64,000 bases of DNA from contig JAPDFW010000108.1 in the NCBI GenBank assembly GCA_028826165.1, forward strand, positions 1 to 64,000, given 5' to 3'. The notes under the pieces were generated by a model, which saw only the letters and a program-made list of their open reading frames with translations, did no database searches and was not told where the DNA came from. Positions 56,659 through 64,000 of the stretch are shown here, piece by piece. Origin of the DNA: Anaeramoeba ignava BMAN (taxonomy: Eukaryota; Protista; Anaeramoebae). The position numbers were made by a program, and so were the translations under genes. Position 1 is the first letter of the stretch. Every line of letters starts with the position of its first letter.

Positions 56659-59600
56659 ATGTCTAAAAGTTTTATTAATACTTCAAAACCAAATATTTTT
56701 ATTTTAAGAAAATTATCAGAACATGAATTAGTTAATTTTGCTATAAAAAAATTAAGTTTTCTACATTCTTCAAAAATAGAAATTGAACAATTTATTGAAC
56801 TTGTTTTTGAACGTTTAATTTCAACAATTAAAAAACAAAATGATCTTTTTTTAATGAAAAATTTTATTCAAAAATTTACTCAAATTATAACTTTTTTGCC
56901 AACTGATTTAAATTTTCTGTATAGTGACTTTATTAAACTTCCGTGCCTAAAATTCATTTCCAAAAACCGACAAATCTGGAAACTAGTCATTTGTTTAACG
57001 CAACATTTTCCAGATATTTTAAAATTAAATACACAAATCCAATTACAATTCAAAACAAATTTTTTGAATGATTCAATTGAATGTCAAAAACAACGTGAAA
57101 TTTCATTGTGGAAAATTAAAAATTTTGAAAACCAAGGAGTTGATTTTATTCCCTCAATAAATACCTATTTAAACAACTGCTTAATTTTTGACCACTATCA
57201 AATATTATTTTCTTATCTGAAGGATTTTTATCAAAATAACACGAACAAAAAACAACATATACCAAATCCTTTTCAATCCAAAAAACTTTCATCTCGTTTG
57301 ATAACTCTTCTAAGAGTGCTTCCTGAAACATCCAAATCTTGTTTGTTTTATATTTTGTCGATATCTTTGCAAGATCCAAAAAATTTGGATCATTTCATCT
57401 CTCGTTTGGGTCTCAATTTCCTCAGCGACTCAATACATACTTCAATTAAATATGAAATATCAATGCAATTCCAATTCAACCCAAATGTTGTCATTTCAAT
57501 ATCAAATCTTCTCTTTGTTCTTTCGCAAAGTCTCCATTTGCAGAAAGAGAATAATTTGGAAAATAACTCGCACGAACAACAATCCAAATCAATTAAGTTG
57601 TTCTTCTCGAAAAGCATCCTGAACAAAATGAAAAAATTGACAAAATTCTTCATCTTCATCGAGGATGCGCAACAGTTTGTTTTGGGATCTTTTGTTCATT
57701 TGGAAAATTCTCTGCCTCTCTCATTCCCTAAAATATTTCGTCATATTCTTTCGTGTTTCCAGATCCACAACAAGAATCTTCAAATTTATCAATTCGGGAT
57801 TCAGATCATTCATAGGTTCAAATCATTTTTCAGACAAAGCAATTTGCAAAGTGAAATATTTCAGGATGATTATCGGTATTTCCCAAAGAAAATGAAGTCG
57901 TTTAGTGCAGAAAGCTTACTAGAATATTTAGTAGAAGAAGATGTGTATTTGTTGTTAAATCATTTCCAAAGAATCAAAGAATTTGATGTGGAAATTGATT
58001 TTGTTGTGATGTTTTTGGAAATAGTTCTTGAAATTTCAAGCAATTTGCATATTTTATTCCCTCAATCTTCAAACCTGAATCAAACAATTTTGGATTTACT
58101 TTCCCAAAACTTCCAAAATTTCCATATTTGCAATTTGTGTCTTTCGATAATTTCTCAGCAACTCGATCAAAATTATTTTCTTGCTAATGAAATGGTTGAA
58201 AAAGGCAAAATTGAAATTTTCAAAGAGATTAAAAAAGGAATTGAAAAAGAAACAGAAAAATCAATTAAATTACTAATCATGGACATTTTGCTAAAATTAG
58301 TGAAAAAGTTCTTTTTCAATGAAGAACATGTTGAATTTGTTTTGTATTTTTTGGAATCCTTTTGGAAAGATGGTTTATCATCAGAGTTTGATTGTGAAAT
58401 ATCACAATATTCTGTAAAAATTCTCAACTTTCTATCACTAAGAAGAGAAAATTGCAAAATTATATTTGGAAGTAGTATTTTAACATCCCAAATAAAATCA
58501 CTACTAAAAATAGTTTCAGGTGCAAATACTCAAAGCAATATTAGGAAATCAAGTTCGCGATTACGAAGTATTGATTCTGGGAAACAAAAATCAATCCACT
58601 CTCCCTTATCTAACAAAGACAAAGAAAATCCTCTTAATTTATCTTCTGATAAACTAATTGTATTTTTGGAAAATTTGTTATTACTTAGTGGAAGAATTTT
58701 ATCAAATTATGAAAATTTCGAACAAATCAAAGAACTCATTTCATTAATAACCCAAAATGTGTTAAATTATTCAGAGCATTTGAGAATTGTAAAAATTGGA
58801 GTTGAAATATTATTTGCTACCTTTGCAAAATTTGATGAAGAAACGAAAATCAAGATTATTCAGTCAGATTTAAAGATTGAATTACTTTCTTCCATTTTTT
58901 CAGATCTCCCATTTGTTGCAAATGATGATCCCAACCCTTCAAATACTCCTAACCAAAATAACAAAGATATAAAAAGAACTCAAATGCAAAGCAACGAATG
59001 GAAACACAAATCCCAAATGTTGCTATTGAATATATTCCAGGAAATACTGGAATTGATGGGAAATAAACAGAGCATTTTCAATCTTGATCAACAAGCAAAA
59101 TACATTCAAATATTCATCAATATCATGTTTCGGGAACTTGATCTTGAAAATATGCCTGAGGATATTTTGTTTCCCTTTCTTAATATTATCAATTCAACCA
59201 TCAATCTCGGTATTCATTACCAAAGTATTGAAGATAAAGATTTCATCCTATTTTTGATTAGTAAACTTAAAACTTCCATGAAAATCTCCAATTTAAGGTT
59301 AATCTTACGAATTTCTAAAACAGTCTTTTCTGTGAAAAAGATTGACCATTTCCCAAAAGAAACTCAAAAACAAATCATTGAAAAATTTTCGACATTTTTA
59401 ATACATTTGAGCGCAAACAATAATAACAATAATAATAATAACAATAATAACCAAAAATCAGAAGAATTGACTCCTGTATTTTCTCTTATTCTTGATATTG
59501 GAAAGAATACTAAAAGACCCCAATTCATATTGGCAATATTCCCAAATCTTACCAAACTTAATCAAAATGAAAAAATTAGTAATAAAATTGCAGGTTGTTT

Positions 59601-61758
59601 GTCTTCAATCAAAATTAAAAAGGAAATTGCAAACAAAATTGAGGATTTTGTGAAGCTTATTGAACAATCACTTGTAAAATATCCTCAAAACCAATTTCTT
59701 GTTTCCAGTTTTATTAAATTTGTTTCCCATTTTTTCAAATTTCTTGAAAGGAAAAATCAACAACAACAACAACAAGAAATTCCACATTTTTTAATTTTAA
59801 TTTGCCAAAAATTAATTAGTAATTTTGCTTTTTCCACAAAAAATCTCACAGAAAAAGATTATAAAATTGTATTGGTTACTCTTATTGTAGCAAATAAAAT
59901 TCTCTCTTTGAAAAACAATCCTTTGCAAAATTTGGAAGAGATTCAATTCCAACTCTCGAAAGAAGATTTTAGATCCTTAACTAAAATATCTTCTCAATTT
60001 TTATCACATCAAACAATCCAAATCAACTTACTTCTTTTTATTCGATTACTTACAGATTATACAGATTCAGAAGAGATTTTACTTGTTTATAAAATATTTT
60101 CTTATTCAATTTATGATATTTTAACTCCATTTCTTGAATGTTTGTCAGAAATTCTTGAAAAAAATCACGAAAATTGCTTACCAATGATTCTCCTTCAAAA
60201 CTCACTCAGTTTTGTTAATGTTCTTTCTGAAATTTTCAATAAAATTTTGATATCAACAAAAGAAGAACAAAAAATATCAACTTTTTTCAAATTTATTACG
60301 ATTTTAGTTGAATCTTTATTAAACCTGGAAAAAAATAATCCAAATCACGAAGAGTTACAGAAACATATTTCAAAGCTGTTTTCTGATCTAGAAAACCACT
60401 TTCTTGAAAAAAACTACATTGATTTAATTTCTCAATCATTGAATGAATTCAAAAAATTTGGAAGTATAGCGGATTGCACGAAATTAATCTTCTTATTAGC
60501 TCTTGTTTTCAAAGAGAAACTTGGTAATTTAATTTTCTCAAATTTTTCAATTCTCAAAATTGCTCGCAAATTCAATTCTTTGGCTAATAATCCTAAATTG
60601 ATTTCACAAGAAATGGAGATTTTAAATAAATATTTACTGATAAATTCTTCAATCACAAAAGATGAATCAAGACACATGATCCAATATTTGCACAAAATAT
60701 ATTATGAAAATGAAGGTTCTTTTCAAGTTGTTTTCATAATATTAAAAATATTCAGTTTTTTGCTGATTAAATTACTGCAGGATGAAAAAACTATATATAA
60801 AATTAAATGGAAATCAGATAATCACAATTTGAGTAGCAATTATTCAAATTTTCCATTTGATGAAATCAAAAGTTTGTTCTTTCTTTCCAGAAAAGGTTTT
60901 TCAAATCCCGAACTAAACGACATTCAATCGGAATTGCACAAAATAAAATGCATTTTGATTTCAGTATTTCAGCCAGAATTCTTCTTTTACGATCCACATT
61001 TCATTTCTCAATTCAGAACTTTTTTCCCTAAAAATCAAAAGTTCCAAAACTCAATTAGAATATTATTCATTTCTTCTAACTCAACAAGTCTATTCGAAGA
61101 AGAATTAAAAAAGATCATCCAGAAAAATCAAGAAAACGAAACTCATTTGGAAATTTTCAATTCAGCAGAAAAAACACCATCATTTGATTTATTAAGCCAA
61201 TATGATAGCTTGATAGTTTCAACTCAATCACCTGTAAATGATCCAGAAAATTTGAGTAAAAACATAAATCTATATTTGGATTCTGGAAGAGGAGGCGCAG
61301 TTTTTGACTTATCTACATTTAATCCTTCTTCCAAATTTTCATTTTTTAAACAATTATTCCCTAATTTTCCTATTGAATTTGGAGAACTTAAAAATGGATT
61401 TTGTTCCTTACTTTCTGAAAAAAATGATTATTTAAATCATCCTATCCTTAAAAATGTGAAAAATTTTGAAGGAGGAAAAATCTCAAATAGGATTCAAATG
61501 AAAATCGATCCTTCTTTTTCTTTTTCTTTTTCTTCTTCTTCTCCTGTTAAAATAATTGCAAATTGGCAAGATGAAATTCCTTTAATTATTGAATATTCAT
61601 TTGTTAATCAAAATTTTTATTATTCCAAAATTATTCTTTTGAATTTTGATTTATTTAGTGATTCTGTTTCTTCTGGTTGGAATTCATTAACTGATGGTGA
61701 TAAAATTATCTATAATTCTATTCAATATGTTTCTGGAAAATTTTCTTTATTTTTTTAA
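56659..61758 (+). CDS. Large hypothetical protein (1,699 aa): Leu/Ile/Phe-rich helical (ARM/HEAT-like) body plus a C-terminal alpha/beta domain
   Basis: 5.1-kb intronless ORF with host-like codon usage and amphipathic helical patterning. Distinct C-terminal ~230 aa (TPSFDLLSQYDSLIV..YLDSGRGGAV..HPILKNV..FEGG..IIANWQDEIPLI..IILLNF..W..TDGDKIIYNSIQYV). Confidence 0.75.
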   Translation: MSKSFINTSKPNIFILRKLSEHELVNFAIKKLSFLHSSKIEIEQFIELVFERLISTIKKQNDLFLMKNFIQKFTQIITFLPTDLNFLYSDFIKLPCLKFISKNRQIWKLVICLTQHFPDILKLNTQIQLQFKTNFLNDSIECQKQREISLWKIKNFENQGVDFIPSINTYLNNCLIFDHYQILFSYLKDFYQNNTNKKQHIPNPFQSKKLSSRLITLLRVLPETSKSCLFYILSISLQDPKNLDHFISRLGLNFLSDSIHTSIKYEISMQFQFNPNVVISISNLLFVLSQSLHLQKENNLENNSHEQQSKSIKLFFSKSILNKMKKLTKFFIFIEDAQQFVLGSFVHLENSLPLSFPKIFRHILSCFQIHNKNLQIYQFGIQIIHRFKSFFRQSNLQSEIFQDDYRYFPKKMKSFSAESLLEYLVEEDVYLLLNHFQRIKEFDVEIDFVVMFLEIVLEISSNLHILFPQSSNLNQTILDLLSQNFQNFHICNLCLSIISQQLDQNYFLANEMVEKGKIEIFKEIKKGIEKETEKSIKLLIMDILLKLVKKFFFNEEHVEFVLYFLESFWKDGLSSEFDCEISQYSVKILNFLSLRRENCKIIFGSSILTSQIKSLLKIVSGANTQSNIRKSSSRLRSIDSGKQKSIHSPLSNKDKENPLNLSSDKLIVFLENLLLLSGRILSNYENFEQIKELISLITQNVLNYSEHLRIVKIGVEILFATFAKFDEETKIKIIQSDLKIELLSSIFSDLPFVANDDPNPSNTPNQNNKDIKRTQMQSNEWKHKSQMLLLNIFQEILELMGNKQSIFNLDQQAKYIQIFINIMFRELDLENMPEDILFPFLNIINSTINLGIHYQSIEDKDFILFLISKLKTSMKISNLRLILRISKTVFSVKKIDHFPKETQKQIIEKFSTFLIHLSANNNNNNNNNNNNQKSEELTPVFSLILDIGKNTKRPQFILAIFPNLTKLNQNEKISNKIAGCLSSIKIKKEIANKIEDFVKLIEQSLVKYPQNQFLVSSFIKFVSHFFKFLERKNQQQQQQEIPHFLILICQKLISNFAFSTKNLTEKDYKIVLVTLIVANKILSLKNNPLQNLEEIQFQLSKEDFRSLTKISSQFLSHQTIQINLLLFIRLLTDYTDSEEILLVYKIFSYSIYDILTPFLECLSEILEKNHENCLPMILLQNSLSFVNVLSEIFNKILISTKEEQKISTFFKFITILVESLLNLEKNNPNHEELQKHISKLFSDLENHFLEKNYIDLISQSLNEFKKFGSIADCTKLIFLLALVFKEKLGNLIFSNFSILKIARKFNSLANNPKLISQEMEILNKYLLINSSITKDESRHMIQYLHKIYYENEGSFQVVFIILKIFSFLLIKLLQDEKTIYKIKWKSDNHNLSSNYSNFPFDEIKSLFFLSRKGFSNPELNDIQSELHKIKCILISVFQPEFFFYDPHFISQFRTFFPKNQKFQNSIRILFISSNSTSLFEEELKKIIQKNQENETHLEIFNSAEKTPSFDLLSQYDSLIVSTQSPVNDPENLSKNINLYLDSGRGGAVFDLSTFNPSSKFSFFKQLFPNFPIEFGELKNGFCSLLSEKNDYLNHPILKNVKNFEGGKISNRIQMKIDPSFSFSFSSSSPVKIIANWQDEIPLIIEYSFVNQNFYYSKIILLNFDLFSDSVSSGWNSLTDGDKIIYNSIQYVSGKFSLFF

Positions 61759-61824
61759 AAGAATTTTGTTTTTATTATTATTATTATTTTGTTTTTGGTT
61801 TTTTTTTTTTTCAAAAAGATCCTT

Positions 61825-64000
61825 TTAAAAAAAAGAAATGTTTTTGATCAATTCAAAATTAAATCGATGATCTTTGATTAAATTTTGGGGAATTTCAATA
61901 GTTTCCCAATTTGTGATATCAAAATCAGAAAGATCAAAAACTAAATTTTTTGCAAGATTTTTAATAACTGAAGAAGGAGGATCAACACTTTGTTTCATTA
62001 AATCAAAAAGATCATTTAAAACTTCTTGAGGAATAAATTTTGGATCATAACTATTTTTGATTTTAATTTTAATTTTATAAATGAATTTTAATTTTAATTT
62101 TAATTTTTTGATTACTGATCTGGTTTAAAATTTGAAAGTAATGAATAAACTTGTGAATATGTAAGTGATGGTGCAACTTTGAAAAGTGCTTGTGAATTAA
62201 TTTGATTTTTTTGGATAAATGAATTTTTCTCTAATATACAATTTGCTGCATCATTTACTTGAGAAACTTCTTTTCTTTTTATTTTATAAATTGTTTTATT
62301 ATTTTATAAATTATTTTATTAATTTATTTTTTTTTTCTCTTTACAATGCTTCTTGAAATCCTTGTTCTGTTAACCAATCTCCAAGTTTTGATAAAGAATA
62401 TTTAAATTCATTTGCATTTGAGTGAGTTTCTAAATCATGATTTTTCAGAATTTCACTAAAAAGTTTTTTATTAATTTCAAACATAAGTTGTCTAAATATT
62501 GAAAGAATAATTTGATTTGGAAGTTGATAATGTTTTGAGATGTCAAGAAATCTGGAAAAGTTGTGAATAATTAAATCAGGTTTAATTTGATGACTTTCTT
62601 TTTGAAACTGGATATTTTTTTCTGAATTCTTTGATTTTTGATTCTTTGATTTTTGATTCTTTGATTTTTGATTCTTTGATTTTTGATTCTTTGATTTTTT
62701 ATGTGTGTTATTTTGTAAGAAGTTTGGAGGCATTGGTGTTGCAATTTCTTGTCCCAGAAATGCAAATACAATCATATTTGAAAAATCTTTCAAAATTAAA
62801 CGAATAATTGACCAAAAAACTTGGAAAAAAATATCAAACAACATTTCTTTAAATCTGGAAACTATAAGATTATTTTCTTCAATATTATCTTCTTGTCTTT
62901 GTGGTGTTGGTGTTAGCGTTATTTCACCAGTTGAATCACCAAATTTGTTCTCATTTAATCGAATAAAACTATTATATTTGCTCATCCCAAATTCATTTAA
63001 AGAAAGAACACCAAGTTGAAATTCTGAAGCTAATAAAACTAAAATAAAATGAATATTTTGTAGTAACCAAATTTGATAATTTAAATTCTCATTATTTTTT
63101 TGAGCCAAAAATTGAATCAAATCAGTGAAATTTTTCAATATTATCATTTTTCTTGAATTTCGATTATAATCTCCATCTTCAAATAAATTTAAATCCTTGA
63201 AAAATTTATAAATAAAACATCCAGGAACAGGAAATTTATTTTGATGAAAACTTGGATAAGAATGGAAAAATAAATTTTCAATTATATATAATTCTTGATT
63301 CTGGATTAAATGGAAATTATATTCCTTTGTAATATTTTGGATTCTTTGTTTCTCTTGATCTACATTTTCTTCCTTTTTGTTTGAAAACAGAAAATTTGAA
63401 TTTTTTGACATCATTTCCAAATTGTCTTGCATATTAAGATTATTTTCATTATTAGGAAAAACAATTTCTTCAATTGAATCTGAATCTGAATCTGAATTTG
63501 AATTTGATAAAAAATGATTTTTTGAATATTGATTTGGATTTGGATTTGGATTCTCAATAGAATCTTCATTTAAAATTTGTTTTAAAATTTGGCTTAAATC
63601 TTGATTTGAATCTTGACTTAAAACAGGGCTTGATTTTTGATTTTGATTTTCATTTGAATTTTCATTTGAATTTTTATCAAAATAATTAAAATAGTCATCT
63701 CCTTCATTTTCACTGTTTGATTTTGAAGGATCTTCAAATTCATCATCATTAAAAACATCTCTATATTGTTCCTTTTCGAATTTTTGATTTCTAAACCATT
63801 CCATATGATTTTTATTTAATAAATTAATTTTCTGTTCAATTTCAAGTGAAGTTAAAAGTACCCAATCAACATTACTTTCTGGACTTTCTGGAAATGATAA
63901 AGCTATGTTTAATTTGGGGGTTGTTTTGTGAACAATTTGTTGATCAATTTCTAAATTAAATTGTTCGAATATTGGCTTTCTAATATTTAAATAATCAACT
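61825..64000 (-). CDS. Dilute (DIL) domain-containing protein, 5' part outside the window; at least 3 exons
   Basis: Frame is open to the window end. IWLLQNIHFIL, ILSIFRQLMFEINKKLFSEIL..SNANEFKYSLSKLGDWL, then after introns (~62275-62344, ~62052-62115) VSQVNDAANCIL..APSLTYSQVYSLLSNFKPDQ..YDPKFIPQEVL, as in myosin-V/afadin DIL domains. Confidence 0.75.

Overview
Very AT-rich, gene-dense eukaryotic (protist) nuclear DNA with short GT-AG spliceosomal introns, the standard genetic code and microsatellite-filled introns and spacers. PPDK, the extreme AT bias and the RCC1-BTB, ankyrin-BTB and BTB-TLDc families suggest an anaerobic protist such as the metamonad Anaeramoeba; this is an inference and was not verified. 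Left to right: (1) a compositionally foreign ~1.96 kb segment with CG-rich hairpins; (2) a multi-exon STRA6-like membrane protein with a long repeat-containing ectodomain; (3) a 24-copy ~158-bp satellite; (4) pyruvate phosphate dikinase; (5) a ~4,200-aa RNF213/mysterin-like AAA+ protein; (6) two tandem RCC1-BTB paralogues; (7) a DHHC palmitoyltransferase; (8) an ankyrin-BTB protein; (9) an F-box/LRR protein; (10) a small 4-TM protein; (11) Vps15; (12) an SH3-PX-BAR sorting nexin; (13) a BTB-BACK-TLDc protein; (14) a 1,699-aa helical protein; (15) a Dilute-domain protein running off the right end. The best candidate for an undescribed system is 16-40.6 kb. There an RNF213-like ATPase with no visible RING sits next to ubiquitin-ligase substrate adaptors that share one C-terminal BTB chassis but carry interchangeable repeat 'sensor' domains, and the RCC1 pair differs mainly at equivalent loop positions. 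This looks like a diversified cell-autonomous recognition repertoire. Several homopolymer frameshifts and degraded 'ghost' exon copies inside repeats probably reflect long-read assembly errors and limit some gene models. All calls come from motif recognition by eye; no searches were run.
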